Below, piece after piece: positions 21,260 to 30,274 of a stretch of DNA of 64,000 nt (positions are counted from its first letter, which is position 1; each line of letters begins with the position of its first letter). The position numbers and the translations under genes were made by a program. The stretch is taken from positions 1,633-65,632 of the forward strand of contig VFGE01000030.1 of NCBI GenBank assembly GCA_009392515.1, in the 5' to 3' direction. The notes under the pieces are model-generated. The model worked only from the letters and a program-made list of their open reading frames with translations, did not search any database and was not told the DNA's origin. The stretch comes from SAR202 cluster bacterium (GTDB taxonomy: Bacteria > Chloroflexota > Dehalococcoidia > Lucifugimonadales > UBA6952).

Positions 21260-22432
21260 ATGACAGATTTGCGCAAATCGGCTGCAATTGTAGGCGCTTA
21301 TGAACACCCGGTTAGATATGCTCCTGACAAAAGCGAAACTTTAATAATGGCAGAGAGTATTATTGGTGCTTTAGCAGATGCAGGATTAGAAAAAAAAGAT
21401 GTAGATGCTATTTTTAGCGCTGGCGGTTTGAGTGGATATAATTTGGTAGATTATCTCAATATGCAACCTAAATATGCAGATTTTACAACTGTTGGAGGTG
21501 CATCTTTTGAATTTCATTTGTCTCATGCAGTTACTGCCATTGCTGCAGGAAGAATCAATTGTGCTGTTATAGTATATGCATCAACTCCACGCGTAACTGG
21601 TACTTTAGTAGGAACAGGTGGATTTGCTCGATATGGTTCAAGTCTTTCAGATCCCGTACCAGGAAGTTTTGAAGACCTATATGGAAAAACAACAGTTGGA
21701 TTATATGCAATGATTGCTAGAAGACATATGCATCAGTACGGAACAACCAGTGAACAGTTGGCAGAAGTTGCAGTGGCTATGAGAAAACATGCAGGATTAA
21801 ATCCCAATGCACTATTTCGAGATCCGATAACTGTTGAAGATGTATTGGCGTCAAGAATCATTTCAGATCCATTGCATTTGAATGATTGTTGTATTATTTC
21901 TGATGGTGGAGGTGCTGTCGTTGTAGCCTCTCCAGAGGTTGCAAGAAATTGTAAAACAAAACCTGCATGGGTGTTGGGTATGGCGGAAGCTATAGCACAT
22001 CAGGGTGCTGGCAAAAGAGATTTGATTAACATAGCTGCGGCACAAACCGGAGCCCCTGCGATGGAAATGGCAGGAGTAAAACATAAAGATTTAGATATGG
22101 CTATGATTTATGATTCATTTACCATTACTGTTGTCGAAACTTTAGAAGATTTAGGGTTTTGTAAAAAAGGCGAAGGTGGAGATTTTGTAAGTGGTGGAAG
22201 AATTGAACTGGGAGGGGAATTGCCATTGAATCCTGACGGGGGAGGGCTTTCTTCTAATCATCCAGGTATGAGAGGTATGTTTTTACTTATTGAGGCCACT
22301 AGGCAGCTTAGAGGAGATTTTGCAGGTACTCCAAGACAAGTGGAAAATTGCAATCTTGTATTAGCACATGGAACAGGCGGTGCATTAGGTGATAGACATA
22401 GCGGTGGTACGATTATTCTAGGAGGTGATTAG
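21260..22432 (+). CDS. Thiolase-superfamily protein (SCP2/Ltp2-like, Cys-less active site)
   Basis: CCIISDGGGAVVV, MIYDSFT, NPDGGGLS..HP, AHGTGG. Confidence 0.85.
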   Translation: MTDLRKSAAIVGAYEHPVRYAPDKSETLIMAESIIGALADAGLEKKDVDAIFSAGGLSGYNLVDYLNMQPKYADFTTVGGASFEFHLSHAVTAIAAGRINCAVIVYASTPRVTGTLVGTGGFARYGSSLSDPVPGSFEDLYGKTTVGLYAMIARRHMHQYGTTSEQLAEVAVAMRKHAGLNPNALFRDPITVEDVLASRIISDPLHLNDCCIISDGGGAVVVASPEVARNCKTKPAWVLGMAEAIAHQGAGKRDLINIAAAQTGAPAMEMAGVKHKDLDMAMIYDSFTITVVETLEDLGFCKKGEGGDFVSGGRIELGGELPLNPDGGGLSSNHPGMRGMFLLIEATRQLRGDFAGTPRQVENCNLVLAHGTGGALGDRHSGGTIILGGD

Positions 22433-22846
22433 ATGGTAAATCAAATTCAATGGAAAAAACCATTACCTACAGTGACAGGTGAAACTAGAAAATTTTGGGA
22501 TGCTGCAAGAAAAGGGCATTTAATGATTCAGCATTGTGAATCTTGTGGATATCAATGGTATCCGAGGGGGTTTTGTTCAGGGTGTTGGTCTAAGGATATA
22601 GAATATGTTGAGGCTAAAGGTACTGGAAAGGTTTGGACATATACAGTCACTTATCAAAACAGGACTCCTGGATTTAACGAAGATGTTCCGTACGTATTAG
22701 CGTTGGTTGAACTTGATGAGGGTGTTAAATTATTTTCAAATATTATAAATTGTGACCCTAAAAGTGTCACAATTGGTATGGATGTAAAAGTAACGTTTGT
22801 TCAAGCAACAAATGAAATTCATGTACCTATGTTTGAACCTTTATAA
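22433..22846 (+). CDS. Zn-ribbon/OB-fold DUF35 protein (acyl-CoA-associated)
   Basis: QHCESCG..YPRGFCSGC, GTGKVWTYTV, PYVLALVELDEG. Confidence 0.9.
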   Translation: MVNQIQWKKPLPTVTGETRKFWDAARKGHLMIQHCESCGYQWYPRGFCSGCWSKDIEYVEAKGTGKVWTYTVTYQNRTPGFNEDVPYVLALVELDEGVKLFSNIINCDPKSVTIGMDVKVTFVQATNEIHVPMFEPL

Positions 22847-23338
22847 CCAATTTGGCTGGTCTACAGTCATTTTTTGACTTTTGATATTTACATCAACAAT
22901 TACTGATTTTATAGCTGGTACGAGTACTTCTTCATTATTATCAGTTGTTATAACGTAAACATCATTTGCACCAGTAGTAAGAATATTTGATATTCTACCC
23001 AGATATTGTTTGTTAACGTTGAATACATTTATACCAATTAATTCATAATAATAATAAGTATCGTTTTGCTGTGGCGGGGTTTGTGAAGGCTTTACGTAAA
23101 TATATTTCTCTTTAAGTGTTTTTGCTTTTTCTGGAGTGTTATAACCATCGAGTAGTAAAATGTAATACCACTTTTGTTTAGAAGATTTTTGTATTAATAC
23201 CTCTTGGTTATTAATTATTATTTTGTTGCCAGTGGTGAAACGGGACTTAATATCAGACAGGGGTCTTACTTTTATTTGCCCCTTGACTCCAAAAATGGAA
23301 AAAATCTGACCAACAGCAACAAGATCTGATTCCATCAT
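22841..23338 (-). CDS. rimM: 16S rRNA processing protein RimM
   Basis: VGQI..IFGVKGQIKV, TGANDVYVI, LVPAIK. Confidence 0.93.
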   Translation of the reverse strand: MMESDLVAVGQIFSIFGVKGQIKVRPLSDIKSRFTTGNKIIINNQEVLIQKSSKQKWYYILLLDGYNTPEKAKTLKEKYIYVKPSQTPPQQNDTYYYYELIGINVFNVNKQYLGRISNILTTGANDVYVITTDNNEEVLVPAIKSVIVDVNIKSQKMTVDQPNWL

Positions 23339-23345
23339 TTAAACT

Positions 23346-23576
23346 TTAGAGAATTTCTAAATTAACTCTGGTTCCTGCTTTAACTGCAGCTACTCTTAAG
23401 AGAACTCTTATTGCTTGAGCAACTCTTCCCTCGCGGCCTATCAGTTTTCCTTTATCTTCTTCAGCAACTGTGAGTTTAAGAATAACTTTCCCTTCGTCGT
23501 CCTCTTCTTCCTCTACTATTACCTCGTCAGGGTTACTAGCTAAGGATTTTGCGATGTATTCAACAAGTTCTTTCAT
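23346..23576 (-). CDS. khpA: KH-domain RNA-binding protein (KhpA/YlqC)
   Basis: MKELVEYIAKSL, DKGKLIGREGR; lies between rpsP and rimM. Confidence 0.9.
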   Translation of the reverse strand: MKELVEYIAKSLASNPDEVIVEEEEDDEGKVILKLTVAEEDKGKLIGREGRVAQAIRVLLRVAAVKAGTRVNLEIL

Positions 23577-23590
23577 AATAAACCAATCCT

Positions 23591-23830
23591 CTATTCTTTT
23601 GTAGTTTGGTTAAGAATACTTTTCATTGCATCAGAGGGCTGAGCTCCTTTAGCAATCCATTCATCTATTTTACTATGGTTTAAGTTAATTGTTGGGGGGT
23701 CAGTTTTTGGGTCATATGTGCCGACGAGCTCAATGAATGCTCCATCTCTTGGAGATCGAGAATCAGCAACCACAACTCTGTATGAAGGTTGTTTTTTTGC
23801 TCCAACACGTTTCAATCTTATTTTTAGCAT
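23591..23830 (-). CDS. rpsP: 30S ribosomal protein S16
   Basis: [25 protein letters not shown]. Confidence 0.98.
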   Translation of the reverse strand: MLKIRLKRVGAKKQPSYRVVVADSRSPRDGAFIELVGTYDPKTDPPTINLNHSKIDEWIAKGAQPSDAMKSILNQTTKE

Positions 23831-23867
23831 TTAAAACCTTATAATTACTATATGAGCTAGAAAGAAA

Positions 23868-23896
23868 ATTCTATCTTTGTTCCTCGTTATTGTCAA
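23868..23896 (-). promoter_or_regulatory. Near-consensus sigma70 promoter of rpsP-khpA-rimM
   Basis: Minus strand TTGACA-N17-TAGAAT. Confidence 0.7.
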
Positions 23897-23953
23897 ACTT
23901 GTGCATATTTTTGCATTGTGTTAGGTTTAATTTAAATTTGCGAGGGGATTAAA

Positions 23954-25159
23954 TTGCTAAATTCATTAAAAAATCCAATGGTTTTTTTACTAACCTCTAT
24001 ATTAGTCTTGAGCTTAGTTCCGTTTTCTACTTTTGTTGCCGCTATACCCTTAATTGAAAACCAGTGGGAATTGATCAATACCGAGGTTGGAGCAATTAGC
24101 GGTGTATATTTTTTGGGATATGTTTTAGGTGCAATTTTATTGGTCCCTATGTCAGATAAATATTCAACGAAAAATACATTCTTTTTTGCTGTTTGTGTAT
24201 CATCATTTTCACACTTAGCTTTTAGTATTTTTGCGAATGGATTATTCTCAGCTTTATTATTGAGGTTCATAAGTGGAGCATCATTTTCTGCTATATATGT
24301 CATTGGTCAAAAAATTATTGGGCAAAACATATCTGCTGAATTGAGGGGTTCTTCAATTGGATTATATGTAACAGGATTTTATGCAGGTAGTGGTATTTCA
24401 TTATTACTAGCTGGTTATTTATTACTTCTTTTTTCTTGGGAAACAGTTTATTTATTGGTTTCTTGTATTTCTATTATTAGTATATTATTAGGATTAATTT
24501 TTATAATTAAAATTGATCTTCTTCCAACAAACCCTGGTTCCGCGTTACTGAATCTTAAGGTTTTACTAAACAAAAGACTATTTGTTGCTTCATTTAGTTA
24601 CGCAATGCATGCATGGGAATTATATATAATGAGAATGTGGTTTCCAGTATTTTTGGCATATTTATATATAGAATCTGGCTCGGAATTGAATTCTAGTGCT
24701 GCATTAGCATCTACGATAGCTGGAATTATAGCTATTGTCGCATCGTTTACGCCTCTTTTAGGTGCATCATATTCTGATGGTAAAAATAGAGCAAAAATAG
24801 CAATATTTATACTTGCTATAAGTAGTGTTCTTTCTTTACTCATAGGTTTAACAGTTTTATTACCAATAATATTTGCTATTATTATCGGGTTCATTTGGAC
24901 GCTTTTTGTAGGTTCTGATTCAGCAATATACACTACGTTGATCACAGAAAATGCACAACCTGAAGAGCTGTCATCTAGTTTAGCTGTACATACAGTATTT
25001 GCTTTTGGGACAGCAGCAATTTCACCATTAATATTTGGGGTAATACTAGATGTTTTCGGAAGAAACGAATTAGGATGGTTTGTAGGGTTTTTTACATCTT
25101 CAATATGTGCATTATTTGCTATGATGTTTTTATATTTGGTCTATGTTCGTAAAGAGTAA
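23954..25159 (+). CDS. MFS transporter
   Basis: About 12 hydrophobic segments; PMSDKYSTK and ASYSDGKNR motif-A-like loops. Confidence 0.85.
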   Translation: MLNSLKNPMVFLLTSILVLSLVPFSTFVAAIPLIENQWELINTEVGAISGVYFLGYVLGAILLVPMSDKYSTKNTFFFAVCVSSFSHLAFSIFANGLFSALLLRFISGASFSAIYVIGQKIIGQNISAELRGSSIGLYVTGFYAGSGISLLLAGYLLLLFSWETVYLLVSCISIISILLGLIFIIKIDLLPTNPGSALLNLKVLLNKRLFVASFSYAMHAWELYIMRMWFPVFLAYLYIESGSELNSSAALASTIAGIIAIVASFTPLLGASYSDGKNRAKIAIFILAISSVLSLLIGLTVLLPIIFAIIIGFIWTLFVGSDSAIYTTLITENAQPEELSSSLAVHTVFAFGTAAISPLIFGVILDVFGRNELGWFVGFFTSSICALFAMMFLYLVYVRKE

Positions 25160-26388
25160 TCAACCTTAGGATTTTTAATACTAAGAAACATAAAGCTCGA
25201 ACAAAATAATGTAATAATGAATAAACTGAATGGGATTAAATATGATCCATTAATGCTAAATAGAAGACCTGCGATAAATGGGCCTATTGCTCTACTTAAT
25301 AGTTGAAACGGTAAGCTAAATCCTCTTATTGTAGCAAGGACATTTCTGTCAAAATATTCCGACCAGGCAACTGCATTTAGCAATTGTTCACCGCCAATAT
25401 TCAATCCATAGATAATAGCAAATACTAAAGCCATTGGTATAGATGATGCCTGCAGTAAAATCAATGTGGCTAATGCAGCACCAAAGGATGAAATTGCTAG
25501 ACAATATTTCACGGCAATTTTATCTGCAAAGTATCCCCAAACAAATCTTCCGCATATGCCTGAGAAAGCATGTATACTAACAATAAAAGCTGCAGTATAG
25601 GCAGAAAAGCCATTGTCTAATAGGTAACTCAATTCATGTACAACTATTCCGGTAATGGCAAGTCCATTAAGATTGAAAGCGATAATTAATTGCCAGAAAA
25701 CAATTGTTTTCATTGCACTATATCCTTCTCTTATTTCATTATTACTTACATGTATTTCTAGATCATTTTTATCAATCGGTATTCCATCTGGAAGTAATCC
25801 AATATCTTCAGGCCTTCGTTTCATAAAAAACGAAGCAGGAATTATTGTTATTAAGGTAAATCCAGATATAAAAAACCATCCATATTTCCATCCATAGTTA
25901 TCCATTAAAATGGCCATAATAGGTGTTATAAAAACTCCAACTAGCACCCCTCCCATAGTCCCAAAAGCCAAAGCTTTTCCACGTTTTTTAATAAACCATT
26001 TAGGAATAACAGACCCGATAGCAAATTCACCTGCCCCGGCCGAAGCAAATCCTCCAGCAATTCCAAAAAGGATAAGAAATTGCCATGGAGAATACACTTT
26101 AGTAATTAAATAAGTGCATAGAGAAGCAATTAATCCAGACAAGAACATAATTTTACCGATACCGTATCGATCTATTATTGGGCCTATTAATAAACTTAAT
26201 AGTCCACCAACAATTATTCGAAAAGACATTCCAAGGGAAATTATTGCCCTGCTCCATTTTAGAGAAACCGACATAGGTTTAATAAAGGCAGTATATCCAA
26301 ATTGCATCATTGTGCCGGATCCGGTACTAGATAGCATAATGGCAGCCACAATGACCCATCCGTAATATATTCTGTGTATAGTTTTTAT
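25141..26388 (-). CDS. MFS transporter (OFA-like); probable non-canonical ATA start at 26388
   Basis: IIDRYG and FADKIA loops; IYYGWVIV lies upstream of the tracked GTG; AGGAG SD 6 nt before ATA; in-frame stops just upstream. Confidence 0.8.
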   Translation of the reverse strand: MKTIHRIYYGWVIVAAIMLSSTGSGTMMQFGYTAFIKPMSVSLKWSRAIISLGMSFRIIVGGLLSLLIGPIIDRYGIGKIMFLSGLIASLCTYLITKVYSPWQFLILFGIAGGFASAGAGEFAIGSVIPKWFIKKRGKALAFGTMGGVLVGVFITPIMAILMDNYGWKYGWFFISGFTLITIIPASFFMKRRPEDIGLLPDGIPIDKNDLEIHVSNNEIREGYSAMKTIVFWQLIIAFNLNGLAITGIVVHELSYLLDNGFSAYTAAFIVSIHAFSGICGRFVWGYFADKIAVKYCLAISSFGAALATLILLQASSIPMALVFAIIYGLNIGGEQLLNAVAWSEYFDRNVLATIRGFSLPFQLLSRAIGPFIAGLLFSINGSYLIPFSLFIITLFCSSFMFLSIKNPKVDYSLRT

Positions 26389-26416
26389 AATTTACTCCTA
26401 ATGTGGATATAGATGC

Positions 26417-26445
26417 TTGAATTTACAATCTTTGAACCATAATAT
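26417..26445 (+). promoter_or_regulatory. Possible sigma70 promoter of qor
   Basis: TTGAAT-N17-TAATAT. Confidence 0.45.
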
Positions 26446-26480
26446 TTATCGAGAGTTTTTACAATAGTTTTGGAGGATTT

Positions 26481-27449
26481 ATGAAAGCGGTTCAAGTTAA
26501 AGAGTTTGGTGGTAGTGAGGTTTTAAATTACACGGATGTTGAGACTCCATCAATATCTAGTAACGAACTTTTGATAAAGCACGAATCTATAGGTGTTAAT
26601 TTTATAGATATCTATCAAAGATCAGGGGCTTATCCAATGGATTTACCATTTATTCCGGGTTCAGAAGGTGCAGGCATAGTTACTGAGGTGGGCAAAAACA
26701 TAAAAAATTTTAAAGTTGGAGATAAAGTAGCATATTCTATGGCAAGTGGTGGATATGCAGAATATACCAAAGTCACTGAAAATACAGTTGTTTCAGTTCC
26801 AGAGAGCATTGATTTTACCATTGCTGCTGCATCAATTTTACAGGGAATGACTGCACATTATTTAGCATATTCTACATTTCAATTACAGCCTGAACACACA
26901 TGTTTAATCCATGCAGGTGCTGGAGGAGTTGGGTTACTCCTTATACAAATGGCCAAAAATATTGGAGCAAAGGTTATAACTACAGTTTCAACAGAAGAGA
27001 AAAAGCAATTGGCATTAGAGGCAGGTGCAGATGAAGTGATTATATATACGAAACAAAATTTTGTGGAGGAAGTAAGTAAGATTACCAACGGAAAGGGATT
27101 GCCTGTTGTTTATGATTCTGTAGGAAATACTACGTTTAATGGAAGCGTAGATTGTTTACATTCTCGTGGGTACATGGTTCTTTATGGGCAATCAAGTGGT
27201 GCAGTATCCCCAGTAGACCCCCAGTTATTGAATAGAAAAGGTTCTATATATTTAACAAGACCTAGTTTGGGAGCTTATATGCAAACTAGAGATGAGTTAA
27301 ATTGGAGGTCTGGCGATATTTTTAAATGGATAGAAGAGGAAAAGTTAAAGGTGAGAATAGGTTTGTCTTTACCTTTATCTAAGGCAGCGCAAGCACAGGA
27401 TGACTTGGGTGCACGAAAAACTACTGGCAAAGTAGTTCTTATTCCATAA
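26481..27449 (+). CDS. qor: NADPH:quinone oxidoreductase (zeta-crystallin/Qor family)
   Basis: GVNFIDIYQRSG, GMTAHYL, HAGAGGVG, VVYDSVG, TTGKVVLIP. Confidence 0.9.
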   Translation: MKAVQVKEFGGSEVLNYTDVETPSISSNELLIKHESIGVNFIDIYQRSGAYPMDLPFIPGSEGAGIVTEVGKNIKNFKVGDKVAYSMASGGYAEYTKVTENTVVSVPESIDFTIAAASILQGMTAHYLAYSTFQLQPEHTCLIHAGAGGVGLLLIQMAKNIGAKVITTVSTEEKKQLALEAGADEVIIYTKQNFVEEVSKITNGKGLPVVYDSVGNTTFNGSVDCLHSRGYMVLYGQSSGAVSPVDPQLLNRKGSIYLTRPSLGAYMQTRDELNWRSGDIFKWIEEEKLKVRIGLSLPLSKAAQAQDDLGARKTTGKVVLIP

Positions 27450-28268
27450 TTATAGATTTCTGAAATGTAATATTTTAGCAGTCAGAGATCCAAGATTGAT
27501 CGATATAGCAATTCCATACGACCAGGTTAATAAACATATTACTGACTGAAGCGATCCGTAAACTATCTCTATTTGGGGATTAATTTCAAAATACCAACTA
27601 AGTATTGTTGTACATATATGAACACCAAAGCTAGCAACAAAAGATCCATAAAATATAAATAATGGCCTCACTTTGGTATATAGAGCAGTCTTAAATACCA
27701 AATACATTGCTAAACTTGTGAAAATTAGTTTAGTTGTAATAATAAGTATCCAAATAAAAAAATTAGTATCTTGATCTATTGTGGGGAAAGTGAAAATTTT
27801 GAAATGAATTGTTGGTATAAATGAAATAGTAGAACTATTTAATAGAACTAATATAGAGATAAATATATAGGTATAGAAAAGCATTTTAATGTCAATTAAC
27901 CATTTTGAAATGTAAGATGGACCTTCGTGATCGATTCCCCACACATAATTAAAAGTGTTCCTAATAGCACTGAACACACTTAAGGTAGTAATTAATAACC
28001 CAATCATTCCTAGAAGACTGCCAATTTGGTTGTTTTTTGCAGAATTTAGTATTTGTACTTCTATGAATTCTTGGGAGAATGTGGGAATTATTGTGCTAAT
28101 AAAACCTTCAACTAAAAGCATTTGAGTATCTTTATCTTGTGTTGTATATTCTCCCACTGATCCAATAAGCAATATAATTGGAAACATAGAAAAGAATAAC
28201 CAGAAAGCTATTGACGATGCAAAATAATGTGATTTGGTTTCAAAAAAGTGTTTTAAAAAATATCTCAT
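27450..28268 (-). CDS. YihY/BrkB family membrane protein
   Basis: ASSIAFWLFFSMFP, FNYVWG, YGSLQSVICLLTWSY. Confidence 0.8.
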   Translation of the reverse strand: MRYFLKHFFETKSHYFASSIAFWLFFSMFPIILLIGSVGEYTTQDKDTQMLLVEGFISTIIPTFSQEFIEVQILNSAKNNQIGSLLGMIGLLITTLSVFSAIRNTFNYVWGIDHEGPSYISKWLIDIKMLFYTYIFISILVLLNSSTISFIPTIHFKIFTFPTIDQDTNFFIWILIITTKLIFTSLAMYLVFKTALYTKVRPLFIFYGSFVASFGVHICTTILSWYFEINPQIEIVYGSLQSVICLLTWSYGIAISINLGSLTAKILHFRNL

Positions 28269-28331
28269 AAGGAATGTTATAAATCTTTACTTCTAATTTG
28301 TAAAATACTTTATCCTTATTTTGTATCTATT

Positions 28332-29585
28332 TTATTGGTTTCTTAAAGCCGTTATTGGATCTAATAGCGAAGCTCTCCATGCTGGGTATAAACCAGAAAC
28401 AATTCCCACAACAGAAGCCACAGTAAAAGCAAGAACTATACTCCAAGGGGTTATTATTGTTATTAGTGGGGTTTCGGCAATTTCATAACCATCCAATAAT
28501 GTAGAGCTTGTAATTCCGAGCAATATTCCTGCTATACCGCCCAATATTGATAGTGCAAGTGCTTCTATTAAAAATTGAAGAGCAATATCTGGACCTGTGG
28601 CACCTATAGCTCGCCTGATACCAATTTCTCTTGTTCTTTCTGTAACCGATACAAGCATGATATTCATAACTCCAATTCCTCCAACAAACAGGGATATTCC
28701 AGCTATACTACCTAGTAGTAGTGATATTGTAGTTCCTATTTCATTAACTGTTTCCAATAATTGAGTTTGGCTCGTTACAGTGAAATCGGGTTCATCAACT
28801 TGGTGATGTCGTTTTAAAAATTCTGTTATGAATTCTGAAACCTTTTGTTGGTCAATATTTGGCGAAGTTTTAATAGTTATTTGGTTAATAATCGTTTTTC
28901 CCGATGTGTTTTGAAGCCCTCTTAGTCGTTGTTGTGCCGAACTCACTGGGATGAAAGCATAATCATCTTGTACACTTTCTCCCCCAGTTGGTAGCAATAC
29001 ACCAATAACTTTAAAATTGAATGAAATTCTTCCATTAAAAAAAGAAGTTCTAATTGTTTTTCCTACTGGATTTTCTTCAGGAAATAAAGCGGTTGCAATA
29101 TTTGAACCGAGTACCATATATAAAGAACCTGATGAAATATCTTTTGGCGAAATGAATGTTCCTTCAGATACGGATAAATTTCGTACATTAAGATAATCAC
29201 TATCAGTACCTACTAGCTGTATTTCTTGGTTTAATGAGCCTACAATTGCTTGTGCGTTCCCAATATTTAATTGCGGAGCTGCAGCTTCTACTCCAGGTAA
29301 ATTAGCCTCTCGTATAGCTATAACATCTTCAGCAAATAGAGTTCTGGCACTACCTCGGCGACCCCTAACACCTTGTTCACTAGCAGAACCAGGGCTAACA
29401 AACAATAAATCTGTACCAAGATTAGTAATTTCTTCTTTAATTCCTGCTTGAGTTCCTTGCCCAATCGATACTAGAACAATTACTGAGCCAACACCAATAA
29501 GTAAACCTAACATGGTTAGAAAACTTCTTAAACCATTTGCGCTTATTGCTTTTAAGGCAGTTAAAAATCCATCAAATAAACTCAT
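28332..29585 (-). CDS. MacB/FtsX-like ABC transporter permease
   Basis: RSFLTMLGLLIGV, GGIGVMNIMLVSVTERTREIGIR, LYPAWRAS.LDPI.AL. Confidence 0.93.
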   Translation of the reverse strand: MSLFDGFLTALKAISANGLRSFLTMLGLLIGVGSVIVLVSIGQGTQAGIKEEITNLGTDLLFVSPGSASEQGVRGRRGSARTLFAEDVIAIREANLPGVEAAAPQLNIGNAQAIVGSLNQEIQLVGTDSDYLNVRNLSVSEGTFISPKDISSGSLYMVLGSNIATALFPEENPVGKTIRTSFFNGRISFNFKVIGVLLPTGGESVQDDYAFIPVSSAQQRLRGLQNTSGKTIINQITIKTSPNIDQQKVSEFITEFLKRHHQVDEPDFTVTSQTQLLETVNEIGTTISLLLGSIAGISLFVGGIGVMNIMLVSVTERTREIGIRRAIGATGPDIALQFLIEALALSILGGIAGILLGITSSTLLDGYEIAETPLITIITPWSIVLAFTVASVVGIVSGLYPAWRASLLDPITALRNQ

Positions 29586-30274
29586 AGAGCTACACCATTA
29601 TTTTTTGTGTATAAATCTTCGGTAATATTTCCATCGCTCATTTTTATTTGTCGTTCAGCTAAAGATGCAATATGTGGCTCATGGGTAACTAGGACAATAG
29701 TTATCCCCTGTTCTTTGGCTAATTTAATCAAAATATCCATAACTTCTGAGCTAGTTTTTGTATCTAATGCCCCAGTGGGTTCATCGGCAAGAATGATTTT
29801 GGGATTTATAACAATGGATCTTGCTATCGCTACTCTTTGTTGTTCTCCACCAGATAGTTGATTAGGCGTGTGATAAATTCTTTCAGCTAACCCAAGCATT
29901 GCTAGTGCAGTGGCCGCTTTTTTCCTTCTATTAGAATCTTTTTGATAAATCAAGGGTAATTCCACTTGCTCCAAAGCAGTTAGACGTGGAAGTAGATTAT
30001 AACTTTGGAAAATGAATCCAAAAATCTTACCGCGAAGTCGTGATAATTGAAAATCAGATAATAAGCTGATATCTGCCGTATCAATGTAGTACTTTCCAGA
30101 AGTTGGTGTATCCAAACATCCTATAACGTTCATTAAACTACTTTTTCCAGATCCAGATTGCCCAGTAATAGCTATAATTTCTCCGTCCGGTATTGATAAA
30201 TTAATTCCATTAAGGGCTTTTACTTTACCAGCATCAGTTATGTATTCTTTTGTAATATTTTCGAGTTTTATCAT
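29582..30274 (-). CDS. MacB/LolD-like ABC ATP-binding subunit
   Basis: GQSGSGKS, LSGGEQQRVAIAR, ILADEPTGALD. Confidence 0.95.
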   Translation of the reverse strand: MIKLENITKEYITDAGKVKALNGINLSIPDGEIIAITGQSGSGKSSLMNVIGCLDTPTSGKYYIDTADISLLSDFQLSRLRGKIFGFIFQSYNLLPRLTALEQVELPLIYQKDSNRRKKAATALAMLGLAERIYHTPNQLSGGEQQRVAIARSIVINPKIILADEPTGALDTKTSSEVMDILIKLAKEQGITIVLVTHEPHIASLAERQIKMSDGNITEDLYTKNNGVAL

